A DNA stretch of 64,000 nucleotides from an uncultured Gaiellaceae bacterium (GTDB lineage: Bacteria > Actinomycetota > Thermoleophilia > Gaiellales > Gaiellaceae). The notes beneath the pieces were generated by a model. That model saw only the letters and a list, made by a program, of their open reading frames with translations, was not told the origin of the DNA and searched no databases. The translations under genes were made by a program, and so were the position numbers. The stretch is from the NCBI GenBank assembly GCA_963846995.1, contig CAWJYD010000006.1, forward strand, positions 6,389 to 70,388. The letters run 5' to 3'. Shown one piece after another: positions 31,102 to 42,495 of this stretch; the stretch's first letter is position 1; the number at the start of each line of letters is the position of its first letter.

Positions 31102-31801
31102 CAGAAGGCGAGCGTCTCGCCGGGCTGCGGCGAGAGGATCTCGACCCCGGGCGGGGCGAGCTCGCGCAGCGCGTCCGGCGTCCCGGTGAGCAGAGCGGAA
31201 CGTGCCGTAGTGGCAGGGGACGCAGCGGACGACGCCGAGGAGCTCGAGCGCGACGGCGGCCTCGCGCGGGCCCATCGTGTAGTGGTCGCCGATCGGGAGG
31301 ACGGCGACGTCGGGCGCGTAGATACGCCCGATGAGCGACATGTCGCCGAAGACGTTCGTATCGCCCGCGAAGTAGAGCTTGAAGCCCGTCCTCGACCTCG
31401 ACGACGAGCCCGGCGGGCTCGCCCGCATAGGTCCCGTCGGGGGCGCTCGAGGAGTGGTTGGCGTCGGTCAGCGTCACCTTGACGCCGTCGAGCGGAACCG
31501 TGCCTCCCTTGTTCGGGCGCGTGGCCCGCGATTCGCCTCGACGCCGTTGCTCGCGAGCCAGCCGCGGAGCTCGACGAGCGCCACGACAGGGCAGCCGAAC
31601 CGCTGGTGGAGCGCGACCGTGTCGCCGAGATGGTCGCCGTGGCCGTGGGTCAGGAGGATGACGTCGCAGCGCTCGGGCTCGAGCTCGGACTCGGGGCAGC
31701 TCGGGTTGCCGTCGAGGAACGGGTCGACGTAGATCCGCTTGCCGCCGGGCGTGTCGACGCCGGAACGACGCGTGCCCGAGCCAGGTGAGCTCCGTCGCCA
31801 C
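31101..31801 (-). pseudogene. UPF0173-type metal-dependent hydrolase (MBL fold), with about 4 frame breaks as assembled
   Basis: The blocks ..ELTWLGHA.F.., ..LTHGHGDHLGD.., ..VTLTDANHSS..YAGEPAGLVVE.. and ..KLYFAGDTNVFGDMSLIGRIYAPDVAVLPIGDHYTMGPREAA..CHYGTF.. lie in different frames. Confidence 0.7.
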
Positions 31802-31812
31802 GACCGTGAACT

Positions 31813-33282
31813 CTAGAACGGGAGCGAGGACGCCGCGTCGCTCGCGGCGTCGAGGATCGGCTGGACGACGAAGAACGAGCCGACGGTGACCACGAAGGAC
31901 GCGCAGATCGCGATGCCGAGCGCCGAGTCGCGCGGCGGCGAGCCTCCCGCCGGCGCGAGGCGCAGCTCGGCGCCGGAGCGCATGTACAGCCAGCGGACGA
32001 CGTTCAGGTAGTAGGCGAGCGAGACTGCCGTCGCGGCTACGCCGATGAGCACGAGCCACCATTCGCCCGCGTCGTAGGCGGCCGAGAACACGAACAGCTT
32101 CCCGAAGAGCCCGCCCGTGAGCGGGAAGCCCGGCCATGCCGAGCATGAACGTCCACAGCGCGATGCCGTGGTACGGGCGCTCCCAGCCCATGCCGGCGAG
32201 CGACTCGAGCGTCACCGGCGCCGCAGCTCGCGCTCACGTGCGGCGACGACGGCGAACGCGCCGACCGACATCGCGGAGTAGGGAACGAGGTAGTAGAGGA
32301 GCGCCTCGCCGCCACGCTCCGAGTTCGCGGAGATCGCCATGAGCATGAAGCCGGCGTGCGAGATCGACGAGTAGGCGAGCAGCCGCTTCACGTCGCGCTG
32401 CGCGAGCGCGCCGAGGTTGCCCCACGCGAGCGAGATCGGCCGAGAGCACGGCGACGGCGATCGTCCACACGTCGCTCTGGTCCGGGAACGCGGTGACGAG
32501 GACGCGCAGGAGCATCACGAGCGCGGCCGTCTTCGTCGCCGCGGACATGAACGCGGTGACCGAGGTCGGAGCGCCCTGGTACACGTCCGGCGTCCACATG
32601 TGGAACGGCGCGGCGGAGACCTTGAAGGCGAGCCCGGCGAGGATCATCGCGAGCCCGGCGAAGAGGAACGCGTCGCTCGTCGGATTCGCCGTCGCGATCG
32701 CCGAGAAGCTCAGCTCGGCGGTCGCTCCGTAGACGAGCGCCGAGCCGAAGAGGAGCACGGCCGATCCGAAGCCCGCCGACGATCGAGGTACTTGAGCCCT
32801 GCCTCGAGCGACGTCTCGCGCTCGGTGTCGATCGCGACGAGGATGTAGAGGCAGAGCGAGAACCACTCGAGCCCGAGGAAGAGCGTCATGAGGTTCTCGG
32901 CGCCGACGAAGAACACCATCCCCGCGCCGGCCGTGGCGAGGAGCGCGTAGTACTCGGCGTGGTTCTCCCGGCGCCGCTCGCCCCAGGACGCGAAGACGAC
33001 GACCGCGCCCGTCGCCGCCGAGGATCACCTGCGCCATGCGCGGCGAGCTGGTCGCGCGTCATCGAGCCGTCGAGCAGCACCTGCGGCGTCGGGGCTGCTG
33101 ATCGAACACGGCGACCGCGAAACCGGCCGCGACGGCGAAGCCCGCGAACGCCGCCGTCGCGGCCGTGCCACTTGCGCAGCCAGTCGGGCAGGAGCGCCGA
33201 GAGGAGCGCGATCCCGCCGCCGGCGAGCAGCGCGATCGTCGGCGCGAGCGCCAGCCAGTCGACGGTGGGCGTCTGCGATCAC
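31813..33282 (-). pseudogene. nuoN: NADH-quinone oxidoreductase subunit N, with many frame breaks as assembled
   Basis: This is the last gene of the nuo operon. The blocks ..VDWLALAPTIALLAGG.., ..MTLFLGLEWFSLCLYILVA.., ..KVSAAPFHMWTPDVYQGAPT.. and ..YDAGEWWLVLIGVAATAVSLAYYLNVV.. lie in rotating frames. The stop is TAG at 31813-31815. Confidence 0.8.
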
Positions 33283-34729
33283 GGTAGCCCCTCGCGATCG
33301 CCTGCTGCGCGTGATCCGCGGCGAACGAGCTCTCGCTGACGAGCGCCGGCCAGATCGAGAGGCCGACGAGCACGAGGAGGAGCGGGAGCACGAGGGCGAG
33401 CTCACCGGCGCGCAGGTCGAGCGCCTCCTCGCGCACGGCGCGGCCCGGCTTCACGTGCAGGATCGCCGAGATCAGGCGGAGCGATGTACATCGCCGCGAG
33501 CACGACGCCGAGCGCGACGACGACCGAGTAGCCCCAGCCCTGCGCGTAGACGCCCGGCCATGATCAGGAACTCGCCCGCGAAGGTCGCCGACCCGGGGAC
33601 GGCGAGCGCGATCATCCCCGCGACGAGCACGATCGTCGCGAGCATCGGCCGGCCCGCGCGCCATCCCGCCGAGCGCGTCGAGCATCCCGGTGCCGCAGCG
33701 GCGCTCGACCGTGCCGACGAGGAGGAACATCCCCGCCGAGATCAGCCCGTGCGCGACCGACTGGAGGACGGCGCCGTCGAGGCCGAGGTCGTCGAAGGCG
33801 AACACGCCCATCGTGATGAGCCCCATCTGCGCCATCGACGAGTACGCGACGATCCCGCGCAGGTCGGCCGAGCGGAACGCGAGCACGGACCCGTACACGA
33901 GCCCCGCGCTCGCGAGGACGAGGATGAGGCCCGGAGAGGTCGTCGGCCGGTTCGGGGAACTTCGGCAGGCCGATGCGCAGGAAGCCGTAGATCGCGGTCT
34001 TCGAGACGACCGCCGAGAGCACCGCGGCCACCTCGACCGGCGCCTGGCGATACGTCGAGCGGCAGCCAGCCGTGGAGCGGGAAGAGCGGCGCCTTGACGG
34101 CGAACGCGACGGCGAAGCCGAGGAAGATCCACACGTTGTCGCTCGTCCCCGAATCGGTCAGCGAGAACGTGCCCTGCGTCACGCCGAACGCGACGACCGA
34201 CGCGAGCATGAGCAGCGAGCCCGCCATCGTGTAGACGACGAACGTGAGGGTCGCCGCCTGCCGCCGCTCGCCGCCCCAGACGCCGACGAGGACGTAGAGC
34301 GGGATCAGCATGGCCTCGAACGAGACGTAGAAGAGGAGGAGGTCCTGCGCGACGAACGTCGCGACGACGGCGCCGAGCAGGAAGAGCATCAGGCGCGTGG
34401 TAGGCGCGCGGGCCGGTCGCGGCCGACGAAGAACGCGTAGCCGATCGCCGCGGCGAACACGACGACCGAGAGCGCCGGTCAGCCAGACCGAGAAGCCGAA
34501 GAAGCCGACCGAGTAGGAGATGCCGAGGCTCTCGCACCCAGTCGTGCGACGTGCCGAGCTGGAGCCCGCCGGCGGAGTAGTCGTAGCGCGCGGCGGTGAC
34601 GATCCAGAGCCCGACCTCCATGAGCGCGGCGAAGAAGGCAAGCCCCGCGGTCGTCTCGCGCGGGAGCGGGAGGATCGCGACGACGAGCGCGGCGACGAGC
34701 GGGAGGACGATGAGCGCGGTTGCGAGCAG
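33279..34729 (-). pseudogene. nuoM: NADH-quinone oxidoreductase subunit M, with many frame breaks as assembled (start codon unresolved)
   Basis: The blocks ..LLFYVSFEAMLIPLYVLVGVWGGE..FVVYTMAGSLLMLAS.., ..FAVKAPLFPLHGWLP.. and ..IVAYSSMAQMGLITMGVF..LQSVAHGLISAGMFLLVG.. lie in different frames. Confidence 0.8.
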
Positions 34730-36620
34730 CTAGCGCACCGCCACGAAGACGACGATCGAGGACGGACGACCGCCACGGCCACCGCGACCGCGTACGTGCG
34801 CAGGAGGCCGGACTGGACACGCGCGACCTCGCCGCCCACCTGGAGCGTGCCCGACCCGACCTCGTCCAGCGAGCGCTCGACGACGGGCTCCTCGACGTTG
34901 CGGCGGAGCGCGTTCGAGAGCGCGACGGCCGGACGGTAGAAGAGCGCGTCGTACGCCTCGTCGAAGTACAGCTTGTGCTCGAGCACGCGCCAGATGCCGG
35001 GGTTGGTGACGAGCTGGCGGCCCGCGGAGAACGCCCGCCGCGCGACGAGGAAGCCGACGACCGCGAGCGCGACTGCGATGGCGCTCGTCCCGTAGTCCTG
35101 CGCGACCGATCGCAGTGACGAGCGGCTCCGCGGTGTCGTCGATCCAGTTGAGGAACGGCTCCCAGACGCCCGGGATCGCGACGAGGCCCCCGATGGTTGC
35201 AAGCACGGAAAGCGCCGCGACCGGCACGAGCATGGACACGGGGCCCTCCCCGTGGCTCGCCGTGCGCATGCTCGCGGACGAGCTCGCTGGCTCGCCGCGG
35301 AAGACGGCGAAGTAGAGCCGGAAGGTGTAGAGGCCGGTGAGCAGCGCGCCCACGAGCCCGCACGCGTACAGGATCGCTCCGAGCGTGTCGTTGCTCGCGA
35401 ACGCCGCGGCGACGATGCCGTCCTTCGACCAGAAACCGGCGAAGATCGGGATCCCGGCGAGCGAGAGGGAGCCGACGAGGAACGCGAGCGTGCGTGCGCG
35501 GCATCGCCGACTTGAGGCCGCCCATCTTCCGGATGTCCTGCTCGCCGTCCAGGTGGTGGATGACGAGTCCCGCGGACATGAAGAGGAGCGCCTTGAAGAA
35601 GGCGTGCGTCATCAGGTGGAAGATCGCGTACCCGTACGCGCCGATCCCCGCCGCCATGAACATGTAGCCGATCTGGGACATCGTCGAGTAGGCGATCACG
35701 CGCTTGATGTCCCACTGCACGAGGGCCACGACGCCGGCGACGAGCAGCGTGATCGCGCCGAGGCTCGCAGCGAGATGCTGGACGTCGGGGGCGGCCTCGA
35801 AGATCGGGCTGGCGCGGACGAGGAGGTAGACGCCGGCGGTCACCATCGTGGCCGCGTGGATGAGCGCCGAGACGGGCGTCGGGCCTTCCATCGCGTCGGG
35901 GAGCCAGGTGTGGAGCGGGATCTGCGCCGACTTCGCGAGCGCGCCGCCGAGCAGACCGAGCGCGACGAGCGTCACCATCGTGCTCGACATCGAGTCGACC
36001 TGAGAGAAGACGCCGGCGAACTCGAGCGTCCCCGTCTGCCAGATGAGGAGCACGAGCCCGAGCGCGAGTGTCGCGTCGCCGATCGCGTTCATCACGAACG
36101 CCTTCTTGGCGGCGGCGACGGCTTCGGGCCGCGCGTGCCAGAACCCGATCAGCAGGTAGGACGCGAGGCCCACCAGCCCCCAGCCGGCGAGGAGCAGCAG
36201 GAAGTTCCCCGCCTGCACGAGCAGGAGCATCGAGAAGACGAAGAGCGACATGTAGGCGAAGTAGCGACGCTCCTCGTCGTCGCCGGCCATGTAGCCCATC
36301 GAGTACCAGACGATGAGGCCGCCGACGCCGGAGACGATGAGCATCATCGTGCTCGAGAGCGTGTCCAGGAGGACCTGCACCGAGACGTGGAAGTCGCCCG
36401 CGGCGAGCCACGTGTAGGCGGTCGAGACGTGCTCGCGATCCGCCGGGCCGGCGCGCCAGAGCGCGACAAACGCGATGAGCGCCCCCGCGAACGCGAGGAA
36501 GGTCGTCAGGGTCGAGATCCAGCCCGCGGTTCGCCGGGAGATCCGCCCGCCAGCGAGCGTGATCGCGACGGCGCCCGCGAGCGGCGAGCCGAGGCAGAGC
36601 CAGGCGCCGAAGCTCATCAT
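34730..36620 (-). pseudogene. nuoL: NADH-quinone oxidoreductase subunit L. The N-terminal two-thirds is intact, with 3 frame breaks in the C-terminal third as assembled
   Basis: The ATG at 36620 overlaps the nuoK stop (ATGA). The frame is continuous through ..HAATMVTAGVYLL..AYSTMSQIGYMF..GGLKSAMP and then hands over near 35490, 35110 and 34775. The later blocks are ..LAFLVGSLSLAGIPIFAGFWSKD.. and ..LEHKLYFDEAYDALF... Confidence 0.85.
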
Positions 36621-36925
36621 CCGCGGAGCGCGCTCGCCTGGTCGACGTCGAGCGGTACCCGGCGCCGCGCCATCGCCACGATCAGCCCGAGCCCGATGGC
36701 GACCTCGGCCGCCGCGACCGCCATCACGGCGAGCGCGAAGATCTGCCCGCTCAGGTCGCCCTGCTGGCGCGCGAACGCGACGAGGGTCAAGTTCGCAGCG
36801 TTGAGCATGATCTCGAGCGAGAGGAGCACGATGAGCGGGCTGCGTCGGAGCATCACGCCGAGCGCGCCGATCCCGAACAGCATCGCCGCGACGATCAGAT
36901 ACCAGCCCACATTGGGCCCGTCCAT
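36617..36925 (-). CDS. nuoK: NADH-quinone oxidoreductase subunit K
   Basis: Intact 102-aa hydrophobic ORF with the typical NuoK sequence (..LSLEIMLNAANLTLVAF..) and the expected position in the operon. Confidence 0.92.
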   Translation of the reverse strand: MDGPNVGWYLIVAAMLFGIGALGVMLRRSPLIVLLSLEIMLNAANLTLVAFARQQGDLSGQIFALAVMAVAAAEVAIGLGLIVAMARRRVPLDVDQASALRG

Positions 36926-37456
36926 CTAGGCGGTCTCCTCCTTCTCGCGCGTCGTGCCGAGCACGACGCCGCCGATCGCAGCGACGAGGAGCACGATCGA
37001 GGTGATCTCGAAGGCGAGCAGATGGTCGGTGAGGAAGACGCGGCCGATCTCCGCCGGGCTGCCGAACGAGCTGGACACCTCGGCCGGGTCTTTGAGGTCG
37101 TCGCCCCACGCGAGGCCGAGGACGACGACGATCTCGACGAGGAGCGCGCCCGCGGCAACCACGGCAGCCGAGCGGAGCAGCGGCGGGCCACCGGCCCACG
37201 GCGCGTCCGCGCGGCCGCCGAGATAGGCGACGACGAAGAGGAACATCACCATCACGGCACCGGCGTAGACCAGAACCTGTGCTGCGGCGAGGAACTCGGC
37301 CGAGAGCAGGAGGAAGAGCACGGCGAGCGAGGCGAGGTTCCCGATCAGCGCGAGTGCCGAGTAGAACGGGTTCGTCATCGTTACGACTGCGACGCCCGTC
37401 GCCAGGCACCCGCCTGCGGCGACGAACCACACGATCCAGACGAGGACGTTGCCCAC
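36926..37456 (-). CDS. nuoJ: NADH-quinone oxidoreductase subunit J
   Basis: It starts at the GTG at 37456, just after the nuoI stop. It is an intact 176-aa membrane protein in the expected operon position. Confidence 0.85.
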   Translation of the reverse strand: MGNVLVWIVWFVAAGGCLATGVAVVTMTNPFYSALALIGNLASLAVLFLLLSAEFLAAAQVLVYAGAVMVMFLFVVAYLGGRADAPWAGGPPLLRSAAVVAAGALLVEIVVVLGLAWGDDLKDPAEVSSSFGSPAEIGRVFLTDHLLAFEITSIVLLVAAIGGVVLGTTREKEETA

Positions 37457-37458
37457 GG

Positions 37459-37953
37459 CTAGCTCCTGGTCTTGTACGCCGGCTCGGGCGTGTCGAAGCG
37501 CTCGGTGTCCGCGACGGGGACGCGCTTGATCGGCTCGGCGAGGAGCATGTCCTTCGTGTAGATCAGGTCGTCGCGCGAGTACTCGGCGATCTCGAACTCG
37601 TTCCCGAGCGTGATCGCGTCGAACGGGCACGCGAGCTCGCAGTAGCCGCAGAAGATGCAGCGGCTCATGTTGATCTCGTAGATCCGCGCGTAGCGCTCTC
37701 CCGCGGAGATGCGGATCTCAGGCGTGTTCTCGGCGGCCACGACCCGGATGCAGTCCGCCGGGCAGGCGGCCGCGCAGAGCGAGCAGCCGACGCACTTCTC
37801 GAGCCCGTTCTCGTGCTTCCAGAGGCGGTGGCGGCCGCGAAATCGTGGGTACACGGCGCGCTTGAACTCCGGGTACTGCTGGGTGATCGGCTTGCGGAAG
37901 ATCTGCCGGAAGGTGACGCCGAAGCCCTTGAGGGTCCCGAAGGGCTGCGCCAT
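37459..37953 (-). CDS. nuoI: NADH-quinone oxidoreductase subunit I (2x[4Fe-4S] ferredoxin)
   Basis: It contains the motifs [12 protein letters not shown] and [12 protein letters not shown]. The ATG at 37953 overlaps the nuoH stop (TGATG). Confidence 0.93.
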   Translation of the reverse strand: MAQPFGTLKGFGVTFRQIFRKPITQQYPEFKRAVYPRFRGRHRLWKHENGLEKCVGCSLCAAACPADCIRVVAAENTPEIRISAGERYARIYEINMSRCIFCGYCELACPFDAITLGNEFEIAEYSRDDLIYTKDMLLAEPIKRVPVADTERFDTPEPAYKTRS

Positions 37954-38957
37954 CAAAACGCCACCACGAGGATCGCCGTCACGATTGCGTTGATCGTCGC
38001 AACCGGGAGCAGGATCTTCCAGCCGAACCGCATCAGCTGGTCGTAGCGCAGGCGCGGAAGCGTCGTGCGCATCCAGACGAACACGAACAGCAGGATGACC
38101 AGCTTCAGGAGGAACCAGAGCGGCCCCACCCACGACGGGCCCGTCCAGCCGGGCCCATGCCAGCCGCCGAGGAACAGCGTCACGCAGAGGGCCGAGAGCG
38201 TGATGAGGTTGATGTACTCGGACATCGAGTAGAGCCCGAAGCGCATGCCGCCGTACTCGGTGTGGTACCCGGCGACGAGCTCCTGCTCGGCCTCGGGCAG
38301 GTCGAACGGCGCGCGCGCGGTCTCGGCGGTGCCCGCGAGCAGGAACACGACGAGGCCGACGACCTGTGGTACGGCGTACCAGAGCGAGTCGGCCTGGGCC
38401 GCGACGATGCCCGTGAGCGAGAGCGTCCCCGCCATGATCACGACCCCGAGGACGGAGAGCGCGAGCGAGACCTCGTACGAGACGAGCTGGGCGCACGTCC
38501 GCATCGAGCCGAGAAGCGCGTACTTCGAGTCCGACGACCAGCCGCCGAGGATGAATCCGTACACGCCGATCGAGCCGATCGCGAAGATGAGAATGAGCGC
38601 GATGTTGAGATCCGCGACCTGTCCCGGGATGTAGACGCCCGCGATCGTCCAGCCCGGCCCGAACGGGATCACCGAGAACGTGGTGAGCGCCGTGAACGCT
38701 GCGAGGAACGGGCCGAGGACGAACGCCCAGTCGATCGCCTCGGTCGGCTGGAAGCTCTCCTTGTTCAAGAGCTTCAGGAGGTCCGCGATCGGCTGCAGCA
38801 GTCCGCGCGGCCCGGCGCGGTTCGGCCCGTAGCGCAGCTGCATCCGGCCCATGACCTTTCGCTCGGCGAGCGTGAGGTACGCGAAGGTCGCCATCACGAG
38901 GTTGATCACGACGAACGCCTCGATGAGGCTCACCCACCAGTCGACGGAAGGCGTCAT
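37953..38957 (-). CDS. nuoH: NADH-quinone oxidoreductase subunit H
   Basis: The ATG at 38957 overlaps the nuoG stop (ATGA). It contains ..[17 protein letters not shown].. and ..[21 protein letters not shown]... Intact. Confidence 0.93.
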   Translation of the reverse strand: MTPSVDWWVSLIEAFVVINLVMATFAYLTLAERKVMGRMQLRYGPNRAGPRGLLQPIADLLKLLNKESFQPTEAIDWAFVLGPFLAAFTALTTFSVIPFGPGWTIAGVYIPGQVADLNIALILIFAIGSIGVYGFILGGWSSDSKYALLGSMRTCAQLVSYEVSLALSVLGVVIMAGTLSLTGIVAAQADSLWYAVPQVVGLVVFLLAGTAETARAPFDLPEAEQELVAGYHTEYGGMRFGLYSMSEYINLITLSALCVTLFLGGWHGPGWTGPSWVGPLWFLLKLVILLFVFVWMRTTLPRLRYDQLMRFGWKILLPVATINAIVTAILVVAF

Positions 38958-41173
38958 GCGCTCGTCACCTCGACCTGGGGTTGGAGCTCGCCCGCGTGCT
39001 CGTCCGCGATGCGGGCGACGCCCTCGACGAGCTTCCGGTTGACCCGTGCGCGCAGCTCGACGGAGGTGCCGTTCGAGCGGACGACCACCTCGTCGCCGTC
39101 GGCGATCCCGCGCGAGTCGGCGTCCGCCGAGGAGAGCTCGACGTCGCGGCCTGGCCGCTGGAAGTCGAGCTCCGGCACGCGTTCCACGGCCGCGCCCGCG
39201 AACAGCGGCTGATAGCGGTGCAGGCGGAGCGCGCCGTTCTCCACAGCGACCGGATCCGGTGTGGTCGGCGGCTCGGGGGCCACGTACGCGTGCCGGGCCG
39301 GCAGCGGAGCGTGCAGACCGAGCCCGTCGAGCGAGAGGTCGCGGAAGAGCTCCTGCGCCAGCTCCTCGAAGACGCCGGCCGCATGCGGCGGAACGGTGAC
39401 GTCGAAGCGCGCAGCGAGCTTCGAGATCCACGCGAGCTCGTCCGGGCACGGGGGCGGGACGGTTCGACGCACGCGCTGCACCCGGCCCTCGAGGTTCATC
39501 GAGGTTCCGTCCCGCTCGAGCGAGGACGTCGACGGAAGGATGAGGTCGGCCCAGCCGCCGGCGAGCCCGTGGAACATCGTGAGGACGACGACTCGGTTCG
39601 CCTGCTCGGCGAGCGCGCGCACGTCTGCGTTCCCGGCAGCCTCGTCGCCCGAGACGAGCAGGAGCTCGATCGGCTCGGGGTCGGTCTCGTCGGCGTCTGC
39701 CGCGACGGCCCACCCGAGTGCGACGCCGCGCGGGTTGGCGGCGGCTGGCAGGTGGAACGCTCCGGAGCCGGGCTTGTCCTCGAGCCCCAGCGCGTGGGCG
39801 AGCTCGGCGATGCGCGCGCCGCCGCCTCCGCCGGCGCCCGACCAGACGAGGACGACGCGCTCGGCCTCGCGCAGCTTGCTCGCAAGCGCGCCGCGGGACG
39901 ACGCGAGCTCGCGGCACGTCTCCGCGCCCGTTCCCGGCGCGACGGCTGTCGTGCCCGTCGGCGAGTACACGTGAACCTCGGCTCCGTGGCGGCGGGCCTC
40001 CTTGATCCAGAGGTCGACGACGGGAGCGCGCTCGACGACCGGGTCGTCGCCGACGACGACGACGATCTCCGCCTGCCCGATGGCGCTCAGCGGAAGCCGG
40101 AACGCCTCGAGCGCGTCCGAGGTCGCCTCGGGGAGCACCGCCGAGTGCGCGTCGAGCCCGCCACGCAGCAGGCGGCCGAGGGCGTACGCGAGCTCCGTCG
40201 TCTCGGAGCCCGAGAAGGCGGTGACGATCGAGCCGCGCGAGTCGAGGAGCATCGCCTCGAGCTCCTCGAGGGCGTCGTCCCACGAGATCTCCGCGAGCCC
40301 CTTCCGGCCGCGCCGGAGCGGCGTCGTGATCCGGTCGGGCGCGCGCAGGTGTGGGTACGAGAAGCGCCCCTTGTCGCACAGCCAGCCGCGATCGACCTCC
40401 GGGTGGTTGCGGGAGAGGATCCGCTTCACCTTGCCCTCGCGGATCGTCACCGACGTGCTGCAGCCGACGCCGCAGCCCGTGCACACGGTCGGGACGTTCT
40501 GGATGTCCCACGGGCGTGCGTCGAAGCGGTAGAGCGTCGAGGTGAGCGCCCCGACGGGGCAGAGCTCGACGACGTTCCCGGAGAACGGCGAGCGGTAGGG
40601 CTCGTCCTCGAAGGTCGCGATCTCCGTCTGGGCGCCGCGGTTCCGCGCGATCAGCTGCCCGTCCTCGGAGACCTCCTCGGAGAAGCGGGTGCAGCGGTAG
40701 CAGAGGATGCAGCGCTCGCGGTCGAGGGCGATCAGCGGCGACACCGGGATCGGCTTGTCGACCGTGAGCTTCGCGAAGGACATGCGCGTGTTCCCAGGAC
40801 CGTGCCGGAACGTCAGATCCTGGAGCGGGCACTCGCCGCCCTTGTCGCAGACCGGGCAGTCGAGCGGATGGTTGACGAGGATGAACTCGAGCGTCGCCTC
40901 CTGGCCCTCGGCCGCCTTCGCCGATGTCGCGCTCGTCTTGATCACCATCCCGTCGTTGACGGTCAGCGTGCAGGCGGCCTGCAGCTTCGGGATCCCCTCG
41001 ATCTCGACGAGGCACATGCGGCACGCGCCCACCGGCGGGCCAAGCCGGGGCTCGTAGCAGAACACCGGGATCTCGATGCCCGCGACCTGGGCCGCCTCGA
41101 CGAGGCCCGTTCCCTTCGGGACCGAGATGGCGCGGTCGTCGACGGTGACGGAGACGAGCTCGGGGGCATTCAT
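38954..41173 (-). CDS. nuoG: NADH-quinone oxidoreductase subunit G (Fe-S, molybdopterin-like domain)
   Basis: The ATG at 41173 overlaps the nuoF stop (ATGA). It has N-terminal 2Fe-2S/4Fe-4S Cys motifs (..CRMCLVEI.., ..[17 protein letters not shown].., ..[10 protein letters not shown].., ..CPVGAL..). Intact at 739 aa. Confidence 0.93.
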   Translation of the reverse strand: MNAPELVSVTVDDRAISVPKGTGLVEAAQVAGIEIPVFCYEPRLGPPVGACRMCLVEIEGIPKLQAACTLTVNDGMVIKTSATSAKAAEGQEATLEFILVNHPLDCPVCDKGGECPLQDLTFRHGPGNTRMSFAKLTVDKPIPVSPLIALDRERCILCYRCTRFSEEVSEDGQLIARNRGAQTEIATFEDEPYRSPFSGNVVELCPVGALTSTLYRFDARPWDIQNVPTVCTGCGVGCSTSVTIREGKVKRILSRNHPEVDRGWLCDKGRFSYPHLRAPDRITTPLRRGRKGLAEISWDDALEELEAMLLDSRGSIVTAFSGSETTELAYALGRLLRGGLDAHSAVLPEATSDALEAFRLPLSAIGQAEIVVVVGDDPVVERAPVVDLWIKEARRHGAEVHVYSPTGTTAVAPGTGAETCRELASSRGALASKLREAERVVLVWSGAGGGGGARIAELAHALGLEDKPGSGAFHLPAAANPRGVALGWAVAADADETDPEPIELLLVSGDEAAGNADVRALAEQANRVVVLTMFHGLAGGWADLILPSTSSLERDGTSMNLEGRVQRVRRTVPPPCPDELAWISKLAARFDVTVPPHAAGVFEELAQELFRDLSLDGLGLHAPLPARHAYVAPEPPTTPDPVAVENGALRLHRYQPLFAGAAVERVPELDFQRPGRDVELSSADADSRGIADGDEVVVRSNGTSVELRARVNRKLVEGVARIADEHAGELQPQVEVTSA

Positions 41174-42495
41174 GCGTGCGCAACCTCGCGGCCGTGGTGC
41201 TCGTGCATCGCACTCGGAGCGAGGATCCGCTCGAGCGAGGAGTCGCCGTCGAACGGACAGCGGCCGAGGTCGATGTGCGCCTGGTACTCGTCGCGGAAGC
41301 GGTCGACGTAGCTGAGGACGGCGATCGCGTCCGAGTCGCCGAGCGGGCACAGGCACTTGCCCATGATCCGGTCGCACACGGAGAGGAGGAGGTCGAGGTC
41401 GGACTGCGCTCCGCGCCCGGCCTCGATCTTCTCGAGGATCTGCGTCACCCAGCGCGTCCCGACGCTGCACGGCGTGCACTTGCCGCACGACTCGTGCTCG
41501 TAGAACTGCGAAACCCGGATGCCGAGCTGCACCATGCAGCAGCGATCGTCGATCACGATGACGCCGGCCGAGCCGATCGACGAGCCGGCCTCGACGAGCG
41601 AGGTGAAGTCCATCTTCACGTCGATGTCGTCGGCGGTGAGCACCGAGGTCGACGAGCCGCCCGGAATCACGGCCTTCAGCTCGCGCCCGTCCGGGACGCC
41701 GCCGCCGACGTCGTAGATCAGCTCGCGCAGCGAGATCCCGTGCGGGAGCTCGTAGTTGCCCGGCCGCGCGACGTCGCCCGAGAGCGAGAACACGCGCGTG
41801 CCGGTCGAGTTCTCGACCCCGAGCTTCGCGTACTCCGCGCCACCCAGCTCGAGGACGCAGGTCGCCGTGGTGATCGACTCGACGTTGTTCACCGCAGTCG
41901 GCGCCGCGTACAGGCCCGCGATGGCGGGGAACGGCGGCTTCGTCCGCGGCTGCCCGCGCTTGCCCTCGAGCGACTCGAGGAGCGCGGTCTCCTCGCCGCA
42001 GATGTATGCGCCCGCACCCCGGTGCACGACGACGGTGACGCCGCCGAGGAGATCGGCCTTGCGCATCGCCTCGAGCGAGTCGCGGAGGATCTCGAACTCG
42101 CGCTCGTACTCGCCGCGGATGTAGATGAACACGTGCTGCGACGAGATCGCGTGCGCGGCGATGAGGCAGCCCTCGAGGAAGCGGAACGGGACGCGATCCA
42201 TGATCTCGCGGTCCTTGAACGTCCCGGGCTCGGACTCGTCCGCGTTGACGACGAGGTAGTGCGGCTTCGGGAGCTGATCCGGCTTGGGAACGAACGCCCA
42301 TTTTCGGCCGGTCGGGAAGAAGGCACCGCCGCGACCGCGCAGACCCGAGGTCTCGAGCTCGGCGATCACGTCGTCGGGCGCCATCGCTCGCGCGCGCCGG
42401 AGACCGGCGAAGCCGCCCACCTTCTCGTAGTCGGCGATGTCGGTCAGCTCTCCGCCGTCGGTGCCGGCGAAGACGATGGACGGGTACTCAGGCAT
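41170..42495 (-). CDS. nuoF: NADH-quinone oxidoreductase subunit F (NADH/FMN-binding)
   Basis: Intact 441-aa ORF containing ..GLRGRGGAFFPTG.KW.., ..NADESEPGTFKDR.. and ..ESCGKCTPC... Confidence 0.95.
   Translation of the reverse strand: MPEYPSIVFAGTDGGELTDIADYEKVGGFAGLRRARAMAPDDVIAELETSGLRGRGGAFFPTGRKWAFVPKPDQLPKPHYLVVNADESEPGTFKDREIMDRVPFRFLEGCLIAAHAISSQHVFIYIRGEYEREFEILRDSLEAMRKADLLGGVTVVVHRGAGAYICGEETALLESLEGKRGQPRTKPPFPAIAGLYAAPTAVNNVESITTATCVLELGGAEYAKLGVENSTGTRVFSLSGDVARPGNYELPHGISLRELIYDVGGGVPDGRELKAVIPGGSSTSVLTADDIDVKMDFTSLVEAGSSIGSAGVIVIDDRCCMVQLGIRVSQFYEHESCGKCTPCSVGTRWVTQILEKIEAGRGAQSDLDLLLSVCDRIMGKCLCPLGDSDAIAVLSYVDRFRDEYQAHIDLGRCPFDGDSSLERILAPSAMHEHHGREVAHA

Noticed and set aside
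5770-35495. Programmed ribosomal frameshifting or transcriptional slippage as an explanation for the frame changes.
   Set aside because: There are dozens of shifts in both directions across unrelated housekeeping genes. They lack slippery heptamers or downstream structures and are confined to two contiguous blocks. No known recoding mechanism behaves this way.
5770-35495. Genuine large-scale pseudogenisation (reductive genome decay).
   Set aside because: Not excluded, but disfavoured. All motifs remain intact between the breaks. I noticed no nonsense codons, deletions or IS elements. Essential genes are hit. The breaks favour mononucleotide runs. The affected zones have sharp edges, one of them inside nuoL. 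Read-level evidence is needed to settle this.
37953-42301. Long N-terminal extensions of the nuoG, nuoH, nuoI, nuoD, nuoE and nuoC ORFs in the track, for example 1115 aa for nuoG and 1086 aa for nuoH.
   Set aside because: The extensions overlap the upstream nuo gene out of frame and translate to Arg/Pro-rich nonsense. Internal ATG/GTG starts that overlap the upstream stop (ATGA/GTGA/TGATG) give proteins of canonical length.
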